In this document: one piece after another, positions 7,313 to 15,857 of the stretch
Position numbering within the stretch: position 1 is the stretch's first letter
Layout of the letters: every line of letters starts with the position of its first letter
Source: Verrucomicrobiota bacterium
GTDB taxonomy: Bacteria > Verrucomicrobiota > Verrucomicrobiia > Verrucomicrobiales > DEV007
Reading direction: 5' to 3'
Assembly (NCBI GenBank): GCA_045046875.1
Contig: JASFYY010000097.1
Span: 1 to 28,906 of the forward strand
DNA: 28,906 nt
Notes under the pieces: model-generated
What the model saw: only the letters and a program-made list of their open reading frames with translations
Database searches by the model: none
Told to the model about the DNA's origin: nothing
Program-made: the position numbers and the translations under genes

Positions 7313-9808
7313 ATGAAATCAGTAATCATTCTTCTCACTTTCATTTGCCTGCTTGTTTCCACAAAGGCGCAAGACCACCCCGCTCCCTTCTCACCCCAAC
7401 ATCGCCTCACCATGGCGGAATACGAAGGCACCCTGCGCTTGTGGAAAAAACAACACCCGCAATGGGTCACGGTGGAATCCCGTGGCATCAGCGGACAAAA
7501 TATGCCGGTCTATTTACTCAAAATAACCGACAAATCGGTGCCCGATACCGACAAACAAGTCTGCCTGGTCACCGCCCTGCACAGTGGTCCCGAGCGAACC
7601 GGAACCACTGGAGCCCTCGCTTTCGCCGAGTGGATGCTCAGCGATGATGCGCTCGCCGTAGAAACCCGCCGTCGTCAAATCATCCTGATTATGCCAATCA
7701 TCAATCCGCTTTCGATGTTTTTCACCGATCGCTTTCGCAATGAACACGGGATCGACCCCTACGCGGGACTAGGGCCTAAAGGTAAAATATGGGATGTGAA
7801 AAACCTGACCGTTCTCAACCCGGAAGAAGCCCCCGAGTTGATGGCTTTTCTCTCTGTCGTTGATCAATACCAACCAGAAGTCCACGCCGACTTCCATGGC
7901 ACCGGACTACAGGAATACGCCAGCGATCAACTCGGCACCAGGCAAACCTATCACGGCCAGATCATGACCGAGGTCACTGGCGGTGCTTATTCCAACTACG
8001 CTCTGCGCCCCTGGGACTGGCGCGTGACTGAAGCGATGATCGCATCCGGCAATGCAGCTGGCTTCCCCTCCGATCGTTTTGAAGCCGACGCGCAACGTAC
8101 TTTCTGGGGTAAGGAGTTAGCTCCCTTGGGCAAAAAACTTTGGCACGGCGCTCCGCTTTTTTACTCTGCCCACTACGGCTACGCCAAATACCACACCTTG
8201 ATCATCACCCAGGAAGTGGCGTGGGAACAAAGCGTCATCGAACGCATGAAAGGTCTGCTGCGCATTGGCAATCAAGTCTGGGGCGATCAACGTCAAGCCA
8301 GCTATCCTGTCAACCGAATGAAACATTTTGTCGGTCACTTTGTCACCGCTTATGGCAACAGCGCCAGCGAGCGCAGAAAGAGCCGCGTTGAACTGTGGTC
8401 CAAACAAGGCAGCCTTGCTTTGGGTTTTATATATCCACAGACCGATGGCCGTGAGAGCCTGGTCTGCGCGACAACGGCTGCGGCAAAAAAAGTCGTCGCG
8501 GTTCATGGTCTTGACGACTTGCACGCCAATCTACGCAAACAATTCCCCACTGATGCAGCAAACATCGAAACTTTCATCAAAGCCGGACCGGAAATCAAAC
8601 TGGCGATGGGAACGCCCAATGCCCATTTGCTCGCTGCAAAAAAAACCGATGACGTGAAATTCGAAAACGGCGTCAGCTTTCGTCTGCGTCTGCCTTATCA
8701 AAAACCAAGCAATCTGAAAGTCCAACTCAATGGGCAGACTTTAAACACCAGCGACAGCGATGGGTATGAAAGCTGGCTCGCCGACGGTTTCACCCAGATC
8801 CAAGTGAACGTGCCTGCCGCTAAATCACAAAAAACCGAGCTTTACTTTATCACCTGTTCTTACACCCCTGATCAACAACGCTCCACCGGATGGATGCCTC
8901 CTGCAGAAGTACAAAAACAAAACGCCACCGCCAAAGCGGAAGCCACTCCGGCAACTTTCACCGACCTGTCCTACGGTAAACATTTTCGCCAAAATCTAGA
9001 CTTGTGGCTGGCGAAAACAAAGCAGCCCACCCCACTGGTATTTTACATTCACGGCGGCGGCTGGGCAGCTCAGGACAAAACGGACATCCACCAACACCTC
9101 GATGTGAAAGCCTTGCTCGATGCAGGTATATCCGTCGCTTCAGTAAACTACCGTCTGCTGCAGGATGCCAATGCCGCCAAGATCCACCCGCCTTTGCAAT
9201 GGCCGCTGAACGATGCTAAACGCGCCCTGCAGTTCCTGCGTTCGAAAGCCGGTGAATGGAATATCGACAAAAGCCGCATCGCCGCCAGCGGAGTCAGTGC
9301 CGGAGGCTGTGCTTCTTTATGGCTAGCCCTGCACGATGACATGGCAGAGGCAAAAAATGACGATCCCCTTGAGCGTGAATCCACCCGGCTTTTTGCCGCC
9401 GCCGTCCTATCTCCACAAACCTCGCTCGATCCCAAACAACTGCGCCAATGGATTCCCAACAGTATTTACGGCGGACGGGCTTTTGGTTTCAAAGGCGCCA
9501 GCCGCGCTGATTCCTTCATCCCCTTCCTCGCCGCCCGCGATTCTATCATCGCTGACATTCAACGCTACTCCCCGATCGAACACGCCAGCAAAGACGATCC
9601 CCCGATATTCATGGAATTCCCCCGACAGGATAAAACTCCCGTCGCCGGAGAAAAACAAAGTGATCCCACCCACTCCGCAGTGTCCGGTCTGATGCTCGAT
9701 CAAAAACTGCAATCACTCGGCGTAAAATCCGAGCTGCGTTATATGAATGATGGCAAAAAGGGAAATGCCAACATCCAGGAATTCCTGCTTAACAAACTAA
9801 CGCCCTAA
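7313..9808 (+). CDS. Exported fusion of an M14 zinc carboxypeptidase/deacylase-like domain and a C-terminal alpha/beta hydrolase
   Basis: Signal peptide. M14-like TALHSGPERTG, MPIINP and DFHG. The C-terminal ~280 aa has HGGGW, VASVNYRL, GVSAGG and DPTHS. Confidence 0.8.
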   Translation: MKSVIILLTFICLLVSTKAQDHPAPFSPQHRLTMAEYEGTLRLWKKQHPQWVTVESRGISGQNMPVYLLKITDKSVPDTDKQVCLVTALHSGPERTGTTGALAFAEWMLSDDALAVETRRRQIILIMPIINPLSMFFTDRFRNEHGIDPYAGLGPKGKIWDVKNLTVLNPEEAPELMAFLSVVDQYQPEVHADFHGTGLQEYASDQLGTRQTYHGQIMTEVTGGAYSNYALRPWDWRVTEAMIASGNAAGFPSDRFEADAQRTFWGKELAPLGKKLWHGAPLFYSAHYGYAKYHTLIITQEVAWEQSVIERMKGLLRIGNQVWGDQRQASYPVNRMKHFVGHFVTAYGNSASERRKSRVELWSKQGSLALGFIYPQTDGRESLVCATTAAAKKVVAVHGLDDLHANLRKQFPTDAANIETFIKAGPEIKLAMGTPNAHLLAAKKTDDVKFENGVSFRLRLPYQKPSNLKVQLNGQTLNTSDSDGYESWLADGFTQIQVNVPAAKSQKTELYFITCSYTPDQQRSTGWMPPAEVQKQNATAKAEATPATFTDLSYGKHFRQNLDLWLAKTKQPTPLVFYIHGGGWAAQDKTDIHQHLDVKALLDAGISVASVNYRLLQDANAAKIHPPLQWPLNDAKRALQFLRSKAGEWNIDKSRIAASGVSAGGCASLWLALHDDMAEAKNDDPLERESTRLFAAAVLSPQTSLDPKQLRQWIPNSIYGGRAFGFKGASRADSFIPFLAARDSIIADIQRYSPIEHASKDDPPIFMEFPRQDKTPVAGEKQSDPTHSAVSGLMLDQKLQSLGVKSELRYMNDGKKGNANIQEFLLNKLTP

Positions 9809-9954
9809 CCACTGATCTTCACTGATGAGCACTGATGCACGACTTTACGATCAACCCTCTATCGACTTTCATGAGAGCACGTTTGCAGAATAATAGACTG
9901 AACAGTTGCCAGAAAATATTGCCCATCAGTGTCTATCAGTGCGCATCAGTGGTT
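9807..9954. repeat. Inverted-repeat element with 3 x CACTGAT at 10-bp period on each arm (MITE-like)
   Basis: Left arm aacCACTGATcttCACTGATgagCACTGATg (9807-9837). Right arm cATCAGTGtctATCAGTGcgcATCAGTGgtt (9924-9954). Confidence 0.85.
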
Positions 9955-9989
9955 CTAATTCTTCAATTTTATAAAATGTCACTACCCGC

Positions 9990-11711
9990 ATGAAATACCT
10001 CACTTCAATCCTAATAGCGATTTTCTCAGTCACACTTGCCGCAAGTGGTGAACCTTCATCAAAAAAAACGAGCAGTGAGGACCATATCACCGGACTCTGG
10101 TTGATGGGACAATCCTTGTGTGAGGGCGCACAATCCTTACCTATCGTCACCTCCGCCGATACCGGTCATGGCAACTTCTCTTTCAAACGCGGCGTGCGCA
10201 CCTGGCGCTATGGCGATCACGCCAAGCAACCGCAACAACGCGCCGACGATCAATTTGTTTTCACCCCGCTCACTGCCCATTTGTTTGGTGGTCTGGGAGA
10301 AACCATCGCCAACGGCCTGGCGGACCATCTCAGTTTTAGTTTAGCAAAATCAAAAAACGCCCCATCCAAGCAGCCTATCCGCGCCCCGTTTTTGGTCTCT
10401 TACGCCGGTCAGGGCGGGCGTATGATCGATGAACTTTCCCAAACCGATCAAAGCAGCGATGCCCGCACACCCAAATCGAGGCAGCACGGTGGAGGCTACT
10501 ACCGGACCAGTCTCGACGATGCCCGCCGCGCTCGTCAACAAGCTGAAACCATGGGTAAAACTTTTTCCATCGCCGCACTGGTCTGGATGCAGGGAGAAGC
10601 CAATGGCGGACCCACCGGAGGCATCAATCCCAGTCGCTGGGGTGAAGAATTACCACGTCCGGAAGGACTGCAATGGTACCGTGACCGCCTGATCGCTTAC
10701 CGTCAACAATGGTCGCACGACTTACAGGCGATCACCGGACAAAGTGGCGAGCTTCCCCTGTTCACCTACCAGACTCAGGGAGTAGCAGGTGAAGCCCAGC
10801 TCATGGCCGCCGACCAGGATCCGCACATCACCATGGTTGGGCCCCACTACATGGTGGCGAGCGGTCTCAACAGTCAATACGCAAAACGATATGGAGCTGC
10901 CATCCATCTGTCAGCCGACGGCGAACGCTGGTATGGAGAACAAGTCGCCAAAGTGATGCAGCGCGTTCTCACCGCAGGCGAAAAGTGGCAACCGCTGCGA
11001 CCGCTCAAGGCAAAAATCGCTGACGACCGCAATAGTGTATTGGTTGACTTCCACGTTCCTCGCCCGCCGTTGGTCTTGGATCATGACTTCCTCGCCCGAC
11101 AACATTATAAAACCGGCAAAGCTTTTTCATCTCTCAACGGATTGCAAATACGCAACTCGGCAAGAGCGGTTTCATTGATCAGCTCCATCGAAGTGGACTC
11201 CCCCACTGCACTCCGCATTCGTCTGACATCCCCCTTGAAAAAAGACAGCTCTTACCATCTCAGCTACGGCCAATCTTATGCCGGCCAAATTGGAAAGATA
11301 TCCAGCGTCCGTGAAGGGCCGAAACTTGGCGAACAAAAAACCACGGAGATTCTGATCAAAGGTGACCTGAGCCAACAACTGTCGGCCTTAAGCAAGGAAG
11401 GTGCCTTCAATGTTTCAAATACGAACACGGCAGGGCCATACACCCAAGCCAGCATCCGTCACCTCTATGTCGAAAACGGCTTCACTGTGCTGCGATTCGA
11501 AGACCGAGAACTGCGCAATCAAGTCAAGTTCAACTCCGGACAAATGCTCACCGCTCACCGGCCTTTTGCCTACGGTAATCTACGGGATTCTGATCCTGCG
11601 CAATCGATCTATCAATTCGCCGACCAATCCTACGGAAATCGCGCCGGACAAAACTACCCGCTGTGGAACTGGTGCGCGCTCTTCAAACAATTTCCCATTT
11701 CTGACCAATGA
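9990..11711 (+). CDS. Exported SGNH/SASA-type (sialate O-acetylesterase-like) esterase
   Basis: Signal peptide, block I MGQSL, block II AGQGG, block III VWMQGEAN, catalytic His in AIHLS, and a long C-terminal extension. Confidence 0.72.
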   Translation: MKYLTSILIAIFSVTLAASGEPSSKKTSSEDHITGLWLMGQSLCEGAQSLPIVTSADTGHGNFSFKRGVRTWRYGDHAKQPQQRADDQFVFTPLTAHLFGGLGETIANGLADHLSFSLAKSKNAPSKQPIRAPFLVSYAGQGGRMIDELSQTDQSSDARTPKSRQHGGGYYRTSLDDARRARQQAETMGKTFSIAALVWMQGEANGGPTGGINPSRWGEELPRPEGLQWYRDRLIAYRQQWSHDLQAITGQSGELPLFTYQTQGVAGEAQLMAADQDPHITMVGPHYMVASGLNSQYAKRYGAAIHLSADGERWYGEQVAKVMQRVLTAGEKWQPLRPLKAKIADDRNSVLVDFHVPRPPLVLDHDFLARQHYKTGKAFSSLNGLQIRNSARAVSLISSIEVDSPTALRIRLTSPLKKDSSYHLSYGQSYAGQIGKISSVREGPKLGEQKTTEILIKGDLSQQLSALSKEGAFNVSNTNTAGPYTQASIRHLYVENGFTVLRFEDRELRNQVKFNSGQMLTAHRPFAYGNLRDSDPAQSIYQFADQSYGNRAGQNYPLWNWCALFKQFPISDQ

Positions 11712-13378
11712 ACTTAAAAACAATCCACCCAAATCAGGGATTCACCCGGCGGGATTTTCTGCAAAGCAGCGTCGGCGCTGCTGCGGCAACATTGACAAGC
11801 ACTTCGATAGCCAGCAGCCAGGTCGCCGGTCATCGGGCAGCACTCAGCCAACGCAAATGCCGCATAGTCGTCCAACACGATGCGTATGATATTTTACAGG
11901 CTTGCCTGAGAAAATTCGGAGCCGAACAGGCTTCCTTCGATACCTTCAAACAAGCGGTGTTCTCCCACCTGGACGATCCAGCCAGTCAGATCGATGCCAT
12001 TTGGTGGGACATCAACGGGGCCTCTCCCGGATCGGCCTACCCCAGTGATATCCTTCCCCCTGTAGACAATCCCTTGTTAAAAACATGGTTGGCTGACGGT
12101 GTCGATTGGGTCAGGGAACTGGTGTCGGAAACACGCAAACGAAAGCTGGAAGTCTTCTGGAACTACCGCATCAGCGAAGTCGATGGCTTGGCCGGAGGCG
12201 GTTTAGCCAAGAAAAAAATAAATCCACTGAAAGCCGCTCATCCTGACTGGCTCGTCCCCGATACCTGGTGGTGGCAGGGCATGTGGAATCTGGCATCCGA
12301 AGATTTGCGGTTTCATAAAATCGAGGTGTTGCATGAGTTGGTCACGCGTTATGATTTTAATGGAATCCAAATCGACTTTTCCCGTCACATGCCCTGCCTA
12401 CCTATCGGCAGGCAATGGGAAATGCGCGAGCACGTCACTGAATTCATGCAAATGGTCAGGCAGTTGCTTGACGAGTCAGGAAAAAAACGCGGCCACCCTA
12501 TTTTGTTGGCCGCAAAGGTTCCGCGCAATCCAGCGGGTTGTCGCATCGATGGTTTTGATCTCCAGGCTTGGGCGGATAAAGGGCTGATAGACATTCTCAC
12601 TCTGGGATCACGATCGATCTATGTGGAAGTGGAAGGCTTTCGCAAGCTGGTCGGGGATAAAGTTCAACTGCAACCCTGCTTCGACGATCATCACGCCACC
12701 GACGGATACCGCCATCAATCCGTAGAGTTTCTTCGCGGCGTATTCGCCAACCACTGGCAACGCGGCGCGGACAGCGTGGTGACTTTTAACTGGTCCACAG
12801 GCGTTCCCGAGGTAGCTCAAAAAGTCGGTGCGGAAATCGGGCCGCTGTCGCAACAGGTCGCATACCGGGAAATTGGCGATCCTTCTTCCATGGTCGACAA
12901 GGACAAAATATTCGCGGTCGAACGACGTGGTGGCTATCCCTGGTCGAACGGATTTTTTAATCGCAATCACACTTCGCCTTTGCCGGTGATTCTTTCGCAA
13001 GACAAGGCAAAGGTCACTTTAGCTTTGCACATCAGCGATGACCCAATGGCAAGCAAAGCAAAGCTCACCCTTCGTTGCATTTTATTCGGGGTAAATGTGG
13101 ACGACTCGTTCGAATTCCGAATCAACAACACTCCGCTCACGGCAGGTGTGCGGGATACTGAATGGAAAGATGCCCAGATCTTTTCCCCCAAGCGCCAGCC
13201 CACATCAGGAGGCAAAGGGCTTTATAAAATCAATCCAAAACAACAACTGCTACGACTCGATTGCCTCGTGCCCAACAAGGCCTGGCGACAAGGTCTCAAT
13301 CAGATTTCCATCCATCTGACTTCGACAAATAAAACTTCCGTTCAAATCGAAAAATTAGAAGCTCACCTCAAATACTAA
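11708..13378 (+). CDS. Tat-exported TIM-barrel glycosyl hydrolase-like protein (GHL10/DUF187-like)
   Basis: FTRRDFL twin-arginine signal, HPDWL...WNLASEDLR...ELVTRYDFNGIQIDFSR and GFDLQAWADKGLID. It overlaps the upstream gene by ATGA. Confidence 0.75.
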   Translation: MNLKTIHPNQGFTRRDFLQSSVGAAAATLTSTSIASSQVAGHRAALSQRKCRIVVQHDAYDILQACLRKFGAEQASFDTFKQAVFSHLDDPASQIDAIWWDINGASPGSAYPSDILPPVDNPLLKTWLADGVDWVRELVSETRKRKLEVFWNYRISEVDGLAGGGLAKKKINPLKAAHPDWLVPDTWWWQGMWNLASEDLRFHKIEVLHELVTRYDFNGIQIDFSRHMPCLPIGRQWEMREHVTEFMQMVRQLLDESGKKRGHPILLAAKVPRNPAGCRIDGFDLQAWADKGLIDILTLGSRSIYVEVEGFRKLVGDKVQLQPCFDDHHATDGYRHQSVEFLRGVFANHWQRGADSVVTFNWSTGVPEVAQKVGAEIGPLSQQVAYREIGDPSSMVDKDKIFAVERRGGYPWSNGFFNRNHTSPLPVILSQDKAKVTLALHISDDPMASKAKLTLRCILFGVNVDDSFEFRINNTPLTAGVRDTEWKDAQIFSPKRQPTSGGKGLYKINPKQQLLRLDCLVPNKAWRQGLNQISIHLTSTNKTSVQIEKLEAHLKY

Positions 13379-13385
13379 TACCCCC

Positions 13386-15731
13386 ATGTCTATTTCCCTC
13401 ATCACCCAACTCACTGAAGCTGACCATAAAATGATTCGCCAGGCTTGCGATGATTTTGTGCCTGACAAGATCTTCGATATTCACACCCACTTGTTTCACT
13501 CGAAAAATTTCGCCGCAGGCAAACGCCCGGAATTCCTCGCAGAGGACACTGGTTATGGAATGACAGATTTTCGCGAAGCTCTTGGTCGCTGGTTGCCCAA
13601 TCGGGAAGTCGAGGGGCTCTTTTTCGGCTACCCCTCACCGGACAATGATCGGGTAGGCGAAAATCACTGGGTCGCCTCGCAGCTCGAACAACACCCCGAG
13701 CAGAGCTTGAGCCGCAAGCTCGCTCTGGTCTCTCCTGAAGACGGTGAAGAGGCCACTCGAAAACTGATCCAGGAACGTGGATTCAACGGTATCAAACCCT
13801 ACCGGCTTTACGCGCCAGTGGACGATACCAATCAAGCCCGTATCGAAGAATTCGCTCCACCCTGGATGTGGCAGATTTGCCATGACATTAAGGGCGTGAT
13901 GGTGCTTCACATCATGCGCAGCGAAGGCATCGCCGATCCGGATAATCTGGAAAGCATCGAACGGCTCTGCAAGGAGTTCCCCGACTGCCGTCTGGTGCTT
14001 GCCCATATTGCGCGCTCGTTCAACTACCGCAATGCGCGGACGGCGCTGCGAAAAATCGAACCGCTCGACAATGTGGTCGTCGACACTTCGGCAGTGACCG
14101 AAGTCGAAGCCATGCGGGTGGCCCTCGATTCCCTCGGTCCGCAACGCGTGCTGTTCGGCAGTGATTACATGGTCAGTGAATTGCGCGGAAAATGTTTCAC
14201 CATGGGTGACGGATTTTCCTGGATCTACACCGATAATCTACCCTCACCTGCAGTCACGGCTTTTGAAAATTCGGCACTGGTCGGCGTGGAATCGTTGCTC
14301 TGCCTGCGTGAGGCTTTTGACATTGGCGGTTTCAACTCGGCGGACGCCCAGGACGTTTTCCACGACAATGCCTTGCGGCTACTGTCTCCCCATCTGGATG
14401 ACGTCGATATTCCAAAAAACCCGAGCGGACCGGAACTCGCCTCCATCGCCCAGCAGAGTATTTCCTGCGGCACTGGCCTGCTATCCAAGCGTCCGGAAAG
14501 CTTTGATCCGGCGACCTGGCCTGCTTATTTTTCCCGCGCGTCGGGTTCTTACATCTGGGACATGAGCGGACGCAAGTTGATGGATTTCACCGGCGGAGCG
14601 GGAGCCATCCTGCTCGGCCACAGTGATCCCGACGTCAATGCCGCCGTGCGTCGCCGACTCAGTCTGGGAACCTATTCCATCCTCGCCTCACCGGATGAAG
14701 TGACCCTCGCCGAGACCTTGCTCGATCTGCACCCCTGGGCTGACAAAGTGCGTTATGCCCGTGGAGGTGGTGAAGCCCTGAGCATCGCCGCTCGCATTGC
14801 TCGCGCCGCCACCGGACGCAGCAAAATTGTGTTCTGTGGATACCATGGTTGGAGCGATTGGTATCTGTCCGCCAACCTAACTGGAACCGAAGCTCTCGAA
14901 GGTCACCTCCTACCCGGTCTGGAACCGCATGGTGTGCCATCCGAACTCGCTGGAACGGCGATCCCATTTAAATACAACGATTACCAGGCTTTCGAAAAAG
15001 CTTTCGCCGCTGCCGATGATCAACCTGCCGCGATCATCATGGAACCGATGCGCGCGGAATTACCGCGTGATGGTTTTATGGAAAAGATTGCCGCCCGTTG
15101 TCGAGCTGCAGGAACTGCCTTCATCATTGATGAAGTCACCGCTGGTTGGCGTTTTGGATTCCCCGGTGGCTGCGCCAAAATCGGCATCGAACCGGACATT
15201 GCCGTGTACGCAAAAGCCATGTCGAACGGCATCCCCTGTGCCGCCATCGTCGGACGTGGAGAAATCATGGATGCCGCCAATGACAGTTTCATTTCCTCGA
15301 GCTACTGGACCGACGGCATCGGTCCCGCGGCTGCCCTGGCCTGCATCGATAAAATGCAGCGCATGGGAACCCAAAACCATGTCTGGTCATTGGGAGAAAA
15401 ACTACAGGAAAAATTACGCCAACTCGCCGAGCAACATCCGTCGCTCAAACTCAAAGTAGGCAGTCAAGCCTGCGCACCTTCACTCGCCTTCCAACTCGGT
15501 GAAGACAGCCTCGCCACCAAAACCCTGATGATCCGTGAAATGTTAAAACGAGGTTTCCTGTTTTCAAGCCAACTCTACGTTTTGGGCACGCATGACGAAA
15601 ACCAGATCAACAGCATGTTAAACGCCCTCGATGAAAGCCTCAGCGAATTGGATGAACTGCAAACCGAAGGCAAACTGCAAGAGCAAGTAGGCGACAAAAA
15701 AGCCAGTGCTGGTTTTGGGAGATTAGCATGA
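13386..15731 (+). CDS. Fusion of a metal-dependent amidohydrolase (Amidohydro_2-like) and a class-III PLP aminotransferase (GSA-aminomutase-like)
   Basis: N-half: DIHTH, GIKPY, LHIM, LAHIAR, VDTSAV, LFGSDY. C-half: GSYIWDMSGRKLMDF, LLGH, GGGEA, GYHGW, IMEP, IDEV, YAKAMSNG (PLP lysine). No signal peptide. Confidence 0.9.
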   Translation: MSISLITQLTEADHKMIRQACDDFVPDKIFDIHTHLFHSKNFAAGKRPEFLAEDTGYGMTDFREALGRWLPNREVEGLFFGYPSPDNDRVGENHWVASQLEQHPEQSLSRKLALVSPEDGEEATRKLIQERGFNGIKPYRLYAPVDDTNQARIEEFAPPWMWQICHDIKGVMVLHIMRSEGIADPDNLESIERLCKEFPDCRLVLAHIARSFNYRNARTALRKIEPLDNVVVDTSAVTEVEAMRVALDSLGPQRVLFGSDYMVSELRGKCFTMGDGFSWIYTDNLPSPAVTAFENSALVGVESLLCLREAFDIGGFNSADAQDVFHDNALRLLSPHLDDVDIPKNPSGPELASIAQQSISCGTGLLSKRPESFDPATWPAYFSRASGSYIWDMSGRKLMDFTGGAGAILLGHSDPDVNAAVRRRLSLGTYSILASPDEVTLAETLLDLHPWADKVRYARGGGEALSIAARIARAATGRSKIVFCGYHGWSDWYLSANLTGTEALEGHLLPGLEPHGVPSELAGTAIPFKYNDYQAFEKAFAAADDQPAAIIMEPMRAELPRDGFMEKIAARCRAAGTAFIIDEVTAGWRFGFPGGCAKIGIEPDIAVYAKAMSNGIPCAAIVGRGEIMDAANDSFISSSYWTDGIGPAAALACIDKMQRMGTQNHVWSLGEKLQEKLRQLAEQHPSLKLKVGSQACAPSLAFQLGEDSLATKTLMIREMLKRGFLFSSQLYVLGTHDENQINSMLNALDESLSELDELQTEGKLQEQVGDKKASAGFGRLA

Positions 15732-15746
15732 AAGCAAGCTCAACCA

Positions 15747-15804
15747 TTGTAGGGCAACCGCTCCGGCTACCTCGATACTTGGCAGGCAGGAGTTTGCCCG
15801 CGAA
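15747..15804. repeat. Degenerate GTAG-type REP doublet
   Basis: ttGTAGggcaaccgctccggctacct (15747-15772) followed by a decayed inverted partner, ggcaggcaggagtttgcccgcgaa (15781-15804). Confidence 0.65.
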
Positions 15805-15857
15805 ACATATTAGTCACCTAATCCCCTCTTCCTAACAAGCTAAATACCCACTACCCC

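Noticed and set aside
14440..15731. Calling the class-III aminotransferase hemL
   Set aside because: It lacks the HemL GGVNSPVR and YHGH signatures, is fused to an amidohydrolase, and has no tetrapyrrole gene context.
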